Shown here: positions 10,837-20,367 of the stretch, piece after piece
How positions within the stretch are numbered: position 1 is the stretch's first letter
Layout of the letters: every line of letters starts with the position of its first letter
Origin: Aliivibrio fischeri ES114
GTDB lineage: Bacteria; Pseudomonadota; Gammaproteobacteria; Enterobacterales; Vibrionaceae
Assembly: GCF_000011805.1 (NCBI RefSeq)
Contig: NC_006841.2
Direction: 5' to 3' (one strand)
Length of the DNA stretch: 32,000 nt
Translations under genes and position numbers: made by a program
The notes under the pieces: model-generated
Told to the model about the DNA's origin: nothing
The model's database searches: none
What the model saw: the letters and a program-made list of their open reading frames with translations, nothing else

Positions 10837-12438
10837 ATGAATATTAAAACAAAACTATATAGTACAATACTATGTATAATTATAAGTTTAATCATAAGTT
10901 TAATTTTTATAATTTATACTTTAAATAAAAGTGAAGATAAAAAGAATTATTTACTAGAACAGAATTTTAATTCTTTTCAAGCCATAAATAATATTGATAG
11001 AACGATAAATGAACGTAGACGTTTTGAAATCCTTGCATTAAATAACATTAATAAAGATTCAAATATAAAAAACATGAATAATTCCACTATATTATTAAAT
11101 AAATATTTAACTGAATATGGTACATATGATGCTAATGAAGATGATCTAAAAGAATATGCAAAACTTAAAAAACTAATTACAGCATATAATAATGCAATAG
11201 AATTGGCATTAAAAAAAGGTAATAACTATAATTATGAAATAAATTTAGATTTATTAAATAAAGCTCTTAAATCTATTGAGAACATAAAAAACATTAATAA
11301 AAAATATATTGCATCATTTAATGTTGATTTCGAAAATTATATATTAAAAATGGAACTTATAAGTAGTATGTTTTTTATTATTATAACTCTGATTATATCT
11401 TCATCTCTATATTTATTAAGTAGAAACATTATAAAGAGATTGAATATAGTTAATAGTGCTATAGATAAATTTATTAGACTAGATATTGCAATAGGACCAC
11501 TTTGTTCATTTATAGAATCTAAAAAATTTCAACAAGATGAAATTGGTGAAATGATGCTCAAATTGAAAGAATTTCGTTTAACCATTGTAAATGTAATCGA
11601 TACAGCAAAAGAAACATGTGGTAAAACTGAAACTAATTTAGATAACTTTAGCGAAGAGATCAGTAAAAATGCAGAATCAATGCAAAATGTTCAAGATAAT
11701 ATGAATCAATTAGTAACAGCACTTAATGAGATAGCTGCTACAGCTGAAGAAACTTCAAGTAATATTATTCTTTCTGCAGAATTAACTAATCAATCCTACG
11801 AAAAATCTAAAGCTACTCGAAATGTAGTACAAACAACTACAGAGGGAATTTTAGAAATGAATCATAAACTAGAAACATCTATAGTTTCAGTTAATGAATT
11901 ACAAAATGATTCAAAGGATATATCTACCGTCCTAGAGATGATAAGCAATATTGCAGATCAAACAAATTTATTAGCTTTAAATGCAGCAATTGAAGCTGCA
12001 CGAGCTGGAGAGCAAGGGCGAGGTTTTGCTGTTGTTGCAGATGAAGTTCGAACTTTAGCTCAAAAAACGCAAGAATCGACATCAAATATTGAAAATATAA
12101 TATTAAAGCTTCAGAACAAATCAAATCATGTAAAGGAAGAAGTAAATTCTTGTTATAAGTTAATGGATAACTGTGTTCAATCTGCTAATGAAGCAATGCT
12201 TAATATGGAAGATATGAATATAAATATAACAAAATTATCTGAAATGGAAACACAAGTAGCAACTGCATCAGAAGAACAAACTTGTGTAATTAATGAAATA
12301 AATGTTAATGCTGTTAATGTAAATGATATTACAATTACAAGTTATGATACATCAAAAGAATTAGAACAAAAAATAGCTATTATCAATTCAGATACAAACC
12401 AATTAAACAAATTATTAAGTGAATTTAACACTAAATAA
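10837..12438 (+). CDS. Methyl-accepting chemotaxis protein
   Basis: Two TM segments, periplasmic helical domain, [43 protein letters not shown]. Confidence 0.95.
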   Translation: MNIKTKLYSTILCIIISLIISLIFIIYTLNKSEDKKNYLLEQNFNSFQAINNIDRTINERRRFEILALNNINKDSNIKNMNNSTILLNKYLTEYGTYDANEDDLKEYAKLKKLITAYNNAIELALKKGNNYNYEINLDLLNKALKSIENIKNINKKYIASFNVDFENYILKMELISSMFFIIITLIISSSLYLLSRNIIKRLNIVNSAIDKFIRLDIAIGPLCSFIESKKFQQDEIGEMMLKLKEFRLTIVNVIDTAKETCGKTETNLDNFSEEISKNAESMQNVQDNMNQLVTALNEIAATAEETSSNIILSAELTNQSYEKSKATRNVVQTTTEGILEMNHKLETSIVSVNELQNDSKDISTVLEMISNIADQTNLLALNAAIEAARAGEQGRGFAVVADEVRTLAQKTQESTSNIENIILKLQNKSNHVKEEVNSCYKLMDNCVQSANEAMLNMEDMNINITKLSEMETQVATASEEQTCVINEINVNAVNVNDITITSYDTSKELEQKIAIINSDTNQLNKLLSEFNTK

Positions 12439-12466
12439 ACTCAAGCATTCATAAGGATAAACTATT

Positions 12467-13222
12467 ATGAGAATAAAATTATCTAATCTAACTTTTATAT
12501 TAGTAACAGCTTCTGTTTCTGTTTCTGTTTCTGCACAGAATAACTCTCTAAAAGTATATGGGCCTGGAGGACCTGCCCCTGCTCTTATTGAAGTAGCAAA
12601 ATCTTTTGAAAAAGAAAAAGGGATTAAAGTTGACATTATTTTTGGGCCCCAAAACAAATGGGAACAAGAAGCTAAAAACAACGCTGATCTTATTTTTTCT
12701 GGTTCTGAAATTATGCAACATTCACAAAATAAGTTTTTTTCACTTTCAAATAAAAAAGCGCTTTATCTTAGACCTTCAGTTATAATTGTAAGGAAGGGGA
12801 ATCCAAAATCAATCAACGGTATAAAAGATATCATTAACAACAATATCAAGACACTTGTTGTTAATGGAGCTGGTCAAGCTGGTTTATGGGAAGATATTAT
12901 AGCAAAATCTGGAAATATTATAGATATTAATAAATTCAATAAAAACATCTACTCAACAAATAATAGCGCTCAAGCATTAAAAGAATGGAACACTAATAAA
13001 GACATCGATGCTTGGATTATTTGGAATCATTGGCATAATAAAGTTAAAACTAATTCTGACTTAGTTAAAATGGAAGATAATTATAGATTATATCGCCCTA
13101 TTAGTATTGCATATACTAATAAAGGTTTAGAAATCAATGAGAGCAAAAAATTTGTTAATTATCTATCTTCTTTAAATGCTCAGATTATTTTTGAAAAACA
13201 TGGTTGGAAAAAAGAATGGTGA
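12467..13222 (+). CDS. acfC: AcfC-like (accessory colonization factor C) periplasmic substrate-binding protein
   Basis: Signal peptide, then LKVYGPGGPAPALIEVAKSFEKEKGIKVDIIFGPQNKWEQEAKNNADLIFSGSE ... VVNGAGQAGLWEDI ... DAWIIWNHWH ... QIIFEKHGWKKEW, typical of the AcfC/ModA-like family; RBS AAGGA; 28 nt after MCP stop. Confidence 0.82.
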   Translation: MRIKLSNLTFILVTASVSVSVSAQNNSLKVYGPGGPAPALIEVAKSFEKEKGIKVDIIFGPQNKWEQEAKNNADLIFSGSEIMQHSQNKFFSLSNKKALYLRPSVIIVRKGNPKSINGIKDIINNNIKTLVVNGAGQAGLWEDIIAKSGNIIDINKFNKNIYSTNNSAQALKEWNTNKDIDAWIIWNHWHNKVKTNSDLVKMEDNYRLYRPISIAYTNKGLEINESKKFVNYLSSLNAQIIFEKHGWKKEW

Positions 13223-13244
13223 TAAAACAATAAAAAATCGTAGA

Positions 13245-13290
13245 CTATATTGGGCTATTAATTAAAATTTATAGCCCAATATAGACATTT
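13245..13290. terminator. Bidirectional-type terminator hairpin CTATATTGGGCTAT / ATAGCCCAATATAG
   Basis: 14-bp perfect inverted repeat (13245-13258 / 13271-13284) between convergent genes. Confidence 0.8.
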
Positions 13291-13515
13291 TTACTTCCAA
13301 AAATTATTTGCTTGAGAAATAGTTTGAAAATTAATAGCTATTATTTTAGATGATTCAATTAACAATGCAGCATTTTTAGAATATTCAAGCCTCAGATTAT
13401 ATAAAACATCTTTATCCGGTTGCGTTTTTTTTACCCCCATCCGACTTAATTTAATAGCCAAATCAAAACCATCACTTGGTGTATTAGTTATTAAAGTTGA
13501 TAACCACTGCTCCAT
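13291..13515 (-). CDS. Hypothetical 74-aa protein; shares motifs with the ORF at 22441..22629
   Basis: LITNTPSDGFDLAIKL...ISQANNFW resembles LIVNNPEEGLKLALKM...ISKENDFW. Confidence 0.65.
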   Translation of the reverse strand: MEQWLSTLITNTPSDGFDLAIKLSRMGVKKTQPDKDVLYNLRLEYSKNAALLIESSKIIAINFQTISQANNFWK

Positions 13516-13687
13516 AAATTACTCCATAATTGAAAAGTGATAAATTAATATTAACGTTGCGCTTTCTAATTTAAATCGCCCGATAGACATAAAATAAATT
13601 TATTCATGTAGCTAAACTCTTAGGTTCATACTATATGAGATAATTTTATTTATTCTAAAGTATTAAATAATCATTTATTAAAACTGT

Positions 13688-14767
13688 TCACGATATTAAA
13701 CTTCTATTTCTATCATCCATTAATACTGTAAAAATACTATCTATATTGATATTACTAATATCTGTAGTGTTAATAGAATTATTCCCTACAACACCAAAAA
13801 CTTCTGGGTTAGTTTTGTTATATAATCCTATACAAGAAACTCCTGCTGCATCAGCGAGATGAAGTGGCCCCGTATCACAACAAATAAAGGCATCCATTTC
13901 TTTTAATACGCAAGCAAGGTGACGCATGTCTGTCGTTTTAAATGTCACCGTACCCTCCCGTAATGGAGTGGTAATATCAGGACTCAATATCTCCACCCAT
14001 TGAATAGGTTGTGGAAATTTATTTTCAAATTTATTAATAAGCGTTAACCAAGTTGAATCAGGTAACCTCTTATCCCCTCTTGCCCCCCGAAAATACGCAA
14101 GACACAATTGTTCACCTTGATAAAGATGTTTTTTTGCTGAGACCCCATCATTCAACTCTTTTTGAGAAAAGACTAAATGATGTGAAATAGAAGAAGGAAG
14201 CCTATTGCCCAACGCAGAAAGCAAATAAAGACAACTAAATGCAGCGTGTAATCTATCGTCATCTTTTTTGAATGTGTGCGTAAACGCCACATTTCGTCGA
14301 GCATTGTCACCCGAAATTTTATTTTTAGCTCTTAACATGGCTGTTATCAACGTATCTTCAACTGAAGAATAAGGCAATATAATAACATCATATTCCTTTT
14401 TTCTTTGCCCTTTCATAATACGAGCAAACTTACCAAACTCTCTTATAGAAAAATAAGAAAATACAAACTCATCCACACCAATATAACGAAAAACATCTCT
14501 CTGCCAAGGCTGATTTAACATTAAAGTAATATGAGCATCAGGATAACTTCTACGCATCTGGCGAATAAAAGGAATAAGGAAATACATATTTCCTATACGA
14601 CGATTATTACGAATTATTAGAATATGTTGGATGTCATCTTTATCCAAAAGATAAGATAGTTGACCATGTGTATTATTTAATAATCGATATAATAAGGGCT
14701 CCAAAACTGCCATCTTAGTTCTTCTATATCGGTCAAAATTACGAAGGATATTTTTAAGTTTAATCAT
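13688..14767 (-). CDS. Glycosyltransferase family 9 (ADP-heptose:LPS heptosyltransferase-like)
   Basis: ILIIRNNRRIGNMYFLIPFIRQMRRSYPDAHITLML ... DAFICCDTGPLHLADAAGVSCIGLYN. Confidence 0.88.
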   Translation of the reverse strand: MIKLKNILRNFDRYRRTKMAVLEPLLYRLLNNTHGQLSYLLDKDDIQHILIIRNNRRIGNMYFLIPFIRQMRRSYPDAHITLMLNQPWQRDVFRYIGVDEFVFSYFSIREFGKFARIMKGQRKKEYDVIILPYSSVEDTLITAMLRAKNKISGDNARRNVAFTHTFKKDDDRLHAAFSCLYLLSALGNRLPSSISHHLVFSQKELNDGVSAKKHLYQGEQLCLAYFRGARGDKRLPDSTWLTLINKFENKFPQPIQWVEILSPDITTPLREGTVTFKTTDMRHLACVLKEMDAFICCDTGPLHLADAAGVSCIGLYNKTNPEVFGVVGNNSINTTDISNINIDSIFTVLMDDRNRSLIS

Positions 14768-14784
14768 ACATAAATAATTTTATT

Positions 14785-15468
14785 TTAAGGAATAAGTAGC
14801 GGTCTTCCAAATTTAAAACCCTGAAAGTAACCAATACCTAATTGGATTAATAAGTAATAAGCATCTTGTGTTTCTACATCTTTAGCTATCACTTCAAATT
14901 TGAACTCTTTAATAAGCCTATATATAGTTTCTAGTTGAAATAGCTGTGAAGGGTTGTTTTCGATATTATCAGTTAAACTTTTATCTAATTTGACAAACTT
15001 AATATTATTCAAATATGAAAGGCGCTCTAATGAACTAATTCCTGCACTAAAGTCAACTAAACTAACTGATATGCCAAATGAGGAAAGTAATGAAATGTTT
15101 TTATTACAAACATCAAAATCATTTATTTTTTCATCTTCCGTAATATTAAACTCTAATTTAAGGTTAAATGAATTTATTTTTTGTAGATCAAGTTGTCCAA
15201 CATCGATTAATGTCGATATAAATTTAGCACTTATATTTATGGAAACTGGATGTTTTCTAATTCCAGAACAATTAAGCTTGACTAAATCACTTATTACTTT
15301 ATTTATAATGAAATAATTAAAAAATAAATCTTTTTTATGCTTACTCATTAGCTCTTGGTAGTAAATAATACTTCCTTCATAAAATACACCTCTTAATAGA
15401 GCCTCATAAGCACATAATTCACCATAGTAAAACTTTGGTTGATATAGAAAGAATACTTTTGAATACAT
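14785..15468 (-). CDS. Stand-alone EAL-domain protein with degenerate catalytic motifs
   Basis: FFLYQPKFYYGELCAYEALLRG...PVSINISAKF...LEFNITED...SLVDFSAGISSLERL...VKLDKS...VIAKDVET...IGYFQGFKFGRPL. Listed ORF extends to 15498. Confidence 0.85.
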   Translation of the reverse strand: MYSKVFFLYQPKFYYGELCAYEALLRGVFYEGSIIYYQELMSKHKKDLFFNYFIINKVISDLVKLNCSGIRKHPVSINISAKFISTLIDVGQLDLQKINSFNLKLEFNITEDEKINDFDVCNKNISLLSSFGISVSLVDFSAGISSLERLSYLNNIKFVKLDKSLTDNIENNPSQLFQLETIYRLIKEFKFEVIAKDVETQDAYYLLIQLGIGYFQGFKFGRPLLIP

Positions 15469-15587
15469 AAAATTAACCAATTTCTTAATTGAGAACATTA
15501 AAATTCATAATTATAATTAACAAAACGGATAATATATCCTGACCTAGCCAAATTAATTCACTTTATAATTAATTTAAATAAACTATT

Positions 15588-15815
15588 TCACAGTAGTAAA
15601 TTAATTAATTTTCTTTTTGCAGTTTCAGATAAATCACTCATAGATACTTTATCTTCTCTCAAAACATATACTTTAATTGGAACAAACGATCTATTTTTTT
15701 CTTTATATATCCTATTCCAACTTGATAATGATTGTAATGAAATAAATCCATTTCTTTGCATACATTTCAAAAAAATAAAATAACTTTGTATATTCAAATC
15801 TTTAATATTTGGCAA
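15588..15815 (-). CDS. Hypothetical 75-aa protein
   Basis: ORF only; no family recognised. Confidence 0.45.
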   Translation of the reverse strand: MPNIKDLNIQSYFIFLKCMQRNGFISLQSLSSWNRIYKEKNRSFVPIKVYVLREDKVSMSDLSETAKRKLINLLL

Positions 15816-15845
15816 AATATAAACCTACTATTAGTCTTGAATCAT

Positions 15846-16022
15846 TTAGAACGTAAAAACTGTATCTAAATTCTCTAATCTAATCTCACTATTAGTGCAA
15901 TTACGTTTATTTTCCTTTAAATAATACCTTTTTTCCATACCAGTAGTATGAATATTATTCATATAGAAACAACACAAAGACATTATCACAATAAATAAGA
16001 GTATTATAAACTTAAAATTCAT
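15846..16022 (-). CDS. Possible 58-aa membrane or secreted small protein
   Basis: Manually translated: MNFKFIILLFIIVIMSLCCFYMNNIHTTGMEKRYYLKENKRNCTNSEIRLENLDTVFTF; strong N-terminal hydrophobic segment; not in the supplied ORF track (below length cutoff); weak RBS. Confidence 0.4.
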   Translation of the reverse strand: MNFKFIILLFIVIMSLCCFYMNNIHTTGMEKRYYLKENKRNCTNSEIRLENLDTVFTF

Positions 16023-16196
16023 AACATTTAAGTACGCCTTAATGTTTTTGATGAATACCTAAAAAAGAATTATCCATCAATCACGATATAATAAATATAT
16101 CGAAAATTTTACAATAACTCGATTTGATGTAACCTCTTTTAGCAAAAAATATCTATTAAATTAAAAGCATATTATTGATACTTTAATATTAAAAAG

Positions 16197-16228
16197 CCAC
16201 ATTATATGTAGAACCACATATAATGTGG
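16197..16228 (-). terminator. Orphan terminator-like hairpin CCACATTATATGT / ACATATAATGTGG, U-run on the minus strand
   Basis: 13-bp perfect stem, 6-nt loop; on the minus strand the stem is followed by CTTTTTAATATT. No minus-strand gene is immediately upstream. Confidence 0.5.
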
Positions 16229-16448
16229 GTGAATAACTTTATTCAAATAGCTAGTAGGACCCCACTTAGAGGACAGATCTATCTTAATTGAAAGATAAAA
16301 ACTCACAATCTAAAATATATTCAAGTTATTTAATAATATGTCTAAAAACTTGAGAACTTATCGAATACAGGCATAATGCGCCTAAAATGATTACTTGGTC
16401 TACAATAACGTCTACCTATATGACGTTTATTAAACTCCTTGAGGTGCA

Positions 16449-17306
16449 ATGAAAATACCAAACAGATTACTACCATTAGTTGAAGATGGTTTGATAGATG
16501 AAGTTCTGACCCAATTAATGAGTGGTAAGGAAGCCTCGGTCTACATTGTTCGTAGCGGCGATAATATTCAATGTGCAAAAGTATACAAAGAGATTGAACA
16601 ACGCAGTTTTAAACAAGCGGTAGCCTATCGTGAAGGTCGAAAAGTAAAAAACAGTCGCCGAGCTCGTGCTATGGAAAAAGGCTCTAAATTTGGCCGAGAT
16701 GAGCAAGAAAAAGTATGGCAAAATGCTGAAATCGATGCCTTATACAAGCTATCAGAAGCAGGTGTTCGGGTTCCTACACCTTATGGCTGTTTTGATGGTG
16801 TTTTATTAATGGAGTTGGTTACTGATAATGATGGCTCTGTAGCACCTCGCTTAAATGACGTGACCTTAACCAAAGATCAAGCGATACGTGATCATGACTT
16901 AATGATCCAATACGTCACTCGTATGCTGTGTGCAGGTATTGTGCATGGTGACCTGTCTGAGTTTAATGTATTAGTCGATCACCTTGGTCCTGTCATCATA
17001 GACTTACCACAAGCGGTTGATGCATCGGCAAACAACAATGCCAAATGGATGCTTGAACGTGATGTGAATAACATGACCACTTATTATGGCCAATTCGCTC
17101 CAGAATTACTTGGTTCTGAATACGCAAAAGAAATGTGGGCATTGTATGAAATTGGTGAATTAACACCAAACACGCAGCTTACAGGCGTATTTATTGATAA
17201 CGGAAGAGACGCTGATGTTGACGGCTTAATGGCTGAAATCAATGCCGTGATGGAAGAAGCCCGCTTACGTAAAGAGCGACAACTTGAAGATCAAGATATC
17301 GATTAA
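16449..17306 (+). CDS. RIO1-family serine protein kinase
   Basis: LMSGKEASVYIVRSGDNIQCAKVYKE...VRVPTPYGCFDGVLLMEL...GIVHGDLSEFNVLVDHLGPVIIDLPQAV. Confidence 0.93.
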   Translation: MKIPNRLLPLVEDGLIDEVLTQLMSGKEASVYIVRSGDNIQCAKVYKEIEQRSFKQAVAYREGRKVKNSRRARAMEKGSKFGRDEQEKVWQNAEIDALYKLSEAGVRVPTPYGCFDGVLLMELVTDNDGSVAPRLNDVTLTKDQAIRDHDLMIQYVTRMLCAGIVHGDLSEFNVLVDHLGPVIIDLPQAVDASANNNAKWMLERDVNNMTTYYGQFAPELLGSEYAKEMWALYEIGELTPNTQLTGVFIDNGRDADVDGLMAEINAVMEEARLRKERQLEDQDID

Positions 17307-17337
17307 CATGTTCAAATTGCAGGTAATGGATTATCTG

Positions 17338-17982
17338 CTAACACTCCACGCTTTCTCTCTGCTCAACCACTCTTTTAAATTCATGATGATGAATAAAATA
17401 GTCAATTTGCTCTACAGTTTGTTTTGCGTATATCAAACTCGTATGAGAATAATTTAAACACAAATGATCTTTTAGCTCAGGTAATACTGTTTCTTCAACC
17501 GTCACGGTACCATCAGAAGGGACTCTATCACGAATAATCGAAGAACGAATACCAATAGGTAAGGTTCCAGCAATAGAACCAATTGGGCAATCTACAGTTA
17601 ATTGATTTACATCTACAAGACCTTGTTCTTTTGAATTACCTAAGATAAAACCAAGTTTTCTATTTTGTATTTCTTTAGCAATCGAAGCACCTTGAAGTGG
17701 AGAGCCAATGGTAACAATAGAATCAATAGGGGTATGTTTATCATTATGTGAATTGACAAAATGAACAGCGAGAATGCCACCTAAACTGTGTCCTACAATG
17801 ACATTTTTTTCCGTTTCAGATAAACAATTACGGATCCGTTTGAAAAGCAACGCCTCGTTAATTCGCACCGAGTTATAGCTGACCACTTGGACGCTATGAC
17901 CTTTACGTCTTAACCGAGAAGCCAACGGTTTCATCACAAGACCATGCATATACAAACCATGTAACACAACAATGTGAGCCAT
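17338..17982 (-). CDS. Alpha/beta hydrolase (lipase-like)
   Basis: VVLHGLYMHGLVMKPLASRLRRKGH...VIVGHSLGGILAVHF...GSPLQG...S.DGTVTVEET. Confidence 0.87.
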   Translation of the reverse strand: MAHIVVLHGLYMHGLVMKPLASRLRRKGHSVQVVSYNSVRINEALLFKRIRNCLSETEKNVIVGHSLGGILAVHFVNSHNDKHTPIDSIVTIGSPLQGASIAKEIQNRKLGFILGNSKEQGLVDVNQLTVDCPIGSIAGTLPIGIRSSIIRDRVPSDGTVTVEETVLPELKDHLCLNYSHTSLIYAKQTVEQIDYFIHHHEFKRVVEQRESVEC

Positions 17983-18103
17983 TAGCTACTCCTTCAAATC
18001 CGTCTATTAGCTATGACTATATCAAGAAGCAATCGTTCTCTATATGATAAAAATCATTCAAGTCTAATTAAACTCACTCTACATTAAGTTCTTATAAGCA
18101 ACT

Positions 18104-19198
18104 CTATGGATTATCTTTTGCATTTTGAGTTTCTTCAGCTTCGTTCTTAAGCCATACAGTAAACATCTGGTAGGTAAGACTCAACACAACGGCACCAACA
18201 AACAAACCAACAATTCCAGACATTGCCATTCCTCCTAACGCTCCCAGTAGAATCACAATAATAGGAATATGAGAGCCACGGCTTAACAATACCGGCTTTA
18301 AAATTGCGTCACTGCTGCTTACCAATACACACCACACAGCAAACAATACACCGGCTGTCGTTGTATCAACGCTGAATACATAAAAAATGATGGGCAGAAG
18401 AATCAAAATAGGCGGTAACTGAATAATAGCAAAGACAAGAACAAGAAATACCCACAATCCAAGAACTGATGCAGAAATGCCAACCACCGCCATTCCTAAT
18501 CCTGCCATTGTAGCTTGTATTACCGCGACACCAATCACCCCTTGAACGACACTTCTTATAGTGATTTTTGAAAGTTTTATTAACTCTTCACCATGCTTAC
18601 CCGTCAATCGGTTAGTAATTAAAATAAAGGCTCGTTCACATTTAGCCGCATTGGCCATAAACACGCCTGCGATAATTGTAGAGACAATAAATTGAATAAA
18701 TCCACCGCCAAGAGAGCCAACGAGTGACGCGGCTTTTGCAGCCACCACTTTTACTTCTGCGCTGTATTTAAAAAGTAAACTTTCTAGATTCGATGATGCC
18801 AATGACATAAAAGAATAAGCTTCGTGGCCAATAATCGGCCAGTCTTGCATACGCTCTTTTGGTTTAGGTATAGCAATACTGCCATCTTGATAACCTAAAA
18901 ATAACTCAGTTCCACTCGTATAAATGCCTGTAGAAAGCGCTACCAATGGAATCAATAACAGTAACACCCCAATAACCGTTAAAATAATACTCACTTTGCT
19001 TTCACTTAATGCTGTTTTCTTACTAAAGAAAGCAACTATTGGGTATAAAGCGGTTGCAATAATCCCTCCCCATACCATCAATAAAAGAAATGGTTTTAAG
19101 ATAGAAAAACACCATAAAACAAGCACAGAAAGAGCACTAATCTTAATAAATGCGTCGATCGCTTGGTTAGAGAAATTATGATCAAGTTTCATAAACAT
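18104..19198 (-). CDS. AI-2E/PerM-family transporter
   Basis: Multi-TM protein with C-terminal PPILILLPIIFYVF...SSSDAILKPVLLSRGSHIPIIVILLGALGGMAMSGIVGLFVGAVVLSL. Confidence 0.92.
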   Translation of the reverse strand: MFMKLDHNFSNQAIDAFIKISALSVLVLWCFSILKPFLLLMVWGGIIATALYPIVAFFSKKTALSESKVSIILTVIGVLLLLIPLVALSTGIYTSGTELFLGYQDGSIAIPKPKERMQDWPIIGHEAYSFMSLASSNLESLLFKYSAEVKVVAAKAASLVGSLGGGFIQFIVSTIIAGVFMANAAKCERAFILITNRLTGKHGEELIKLSKITIRSVVQGVIGVAVIQATMAGLGMAVVGISASVLGLWVFLVLVFAIIQLPPILILLPIIFYVFSVDTTTAGVLFAVWCVLVSSSDAILKPVLLSRGSHIPIIVILLGALGGMAMSGIVGLFVGAVVLSLTYQMFTVWLKNEAEETQNAKDNP

Positions 19199-19278
19199 TC
19201 CTTGTTACTTAAAAGGGGTAACCCAAATTAAACTCGGGTCTGTATTACTTATATGTATAGTGTATTACTCAGCTAAAG

Positions 19279-20166
19279 TTAGCTTTTTTCTCTCGTAAAC
19301 CACCAACATATTAAAGATGCAGTTGTCACCATTATAACCCCTTGCCAAAATTGAATTGTTAACTCAATGTCTAAAATCCAAGCAGAAAAGAAAGTTGAAA
19401 ATATAGGAGTAAAATATGAGAAAGTCGCAAGTAACACCATGTTGCCACCAATAATGCCTATATTCCATAAAGCGTAACCACTTCCCATTACAACACCAGC
19501 AAGCAGCAGATCGATTGCAGCTTCACTGGTCATTACAATTGATGCTTCATCACTGACTGCGTATTTGCACCATAAAGAAAGTGCCGTTGCAATAAAGAAC
19601 CAAGTGATCGCATTCTTACCATTTGCTAATTTCTTCGTAATATTGCAATAAATTGCCCAAAGAAACGCGCCAGTAAACGCCAAAGAATAGCTAACCGGAT
19701 TACTTGCTGCATTATCCATTAATTGTGTAATAGATAACCCTTGATCACCACTTAATGTCCAAGCAACACCAAAAAAAGACAGCAAAATAGCAGGATAAAT
19801 GACTTTGCTTACTGGTTTTTTACTTGCAAGAACGGCAAACAATACAGTCAATGATGGCCATAAATAATTGATAATGCTCATTTCAACCGCTTGGTTACGG
19901 CTATTTGCCATACCTAAAGCTAAAGATAAGCACATTTCATAGCAAACAAATAAGCCACCACCAATGAGCAAATAACGAGGTGAAAACAATTTTAATTTAG
20001 GCAAACCTACAGTAAAAATTAAAAACAACGAACCCACGCTATAAATCATTGCGGCCCCACCGATCGGGCCAAGCTGCTCAGTTACATTACGAATAAGCCC
20101 AACAATTAAGCTCCACAGCAAAATGGCAGAACAACCCGCGACAGTATATTTATATGATGAATTCAC
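19279..20166 (-). CDS. yddG: Aromatic amino acid exporter YddG (DMT superfamily)
   Basis: AILLWSLIVGLIRNVTEQLGPIGGAAMIYSVGSLFLIFTVGLPK...FVCYEMCLSLALGMANSRNQAVEMSIINYLWPSLTVLFAVL, close to YddG. Confidence 0.9.
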   Translation of the reverse strand: MNSSYKYTVAGCSAILLWSLIVGLIRNVTEQLGPIGGAAMIYSVGSLFLIFTVGLPKLKLFSPRYLLIGGGLFVCYEMCLSLALGMANSRNQAVEMSIINYLWPSLTVLFAVLASKKPVSKVIYPAILLSFFGVAWTLSGDQGLSITQLMDNAASNPVSYSLAFTGAFLWAIYCNITKKLANGKNAITWFFIATALSLWCKYAVSDEASIVMTSEAAIDLLLAGVVMGSGYALWNIGIIGGNMVLLATFSYFTPIFSTFFSAWILDIELTIQFWQGVIMVTTASLICWWFTREKS

Positions 20167-20367
20167 TTTTTATTAGTCTAACTTTGTTTATAATGTATAA
20201 TTTATTATAACTTTTAAATAATTAAAATAAAGTTTTACTTATCACGATTATTCTTTTTGGGCTGTTGAGTAAAAGAATATTTTAATTTCTCTCTTAATTG
20301 TATTTTTTTCTCTATATTTTTATTAACACTTAAAAACCTAATAAATCTAAACATTTCACCTTATCTC

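Noticed and set aside
12415-12681. 88-aa minus-strand ORF over the acfC start
   Set aside because: Antisense to the AcfC-like gene and its signal-peptide repeat; no coding evidence.
16342-16578. 78-aa minus-strand ORF overlapping the RIO1 start
   Set aside because: Overlaps the RIO1 N-terminal coding region and has no family signal; the hairpin at 16197 is better treated as a possible non-coding RNA terminator.
16449-17306. RIO1-type kinase considered as a possible anti-phage kinase
   Set aside because: Sequence fits the common bacterial RIO1 housekeeping family and there is no adjacent defence gene.
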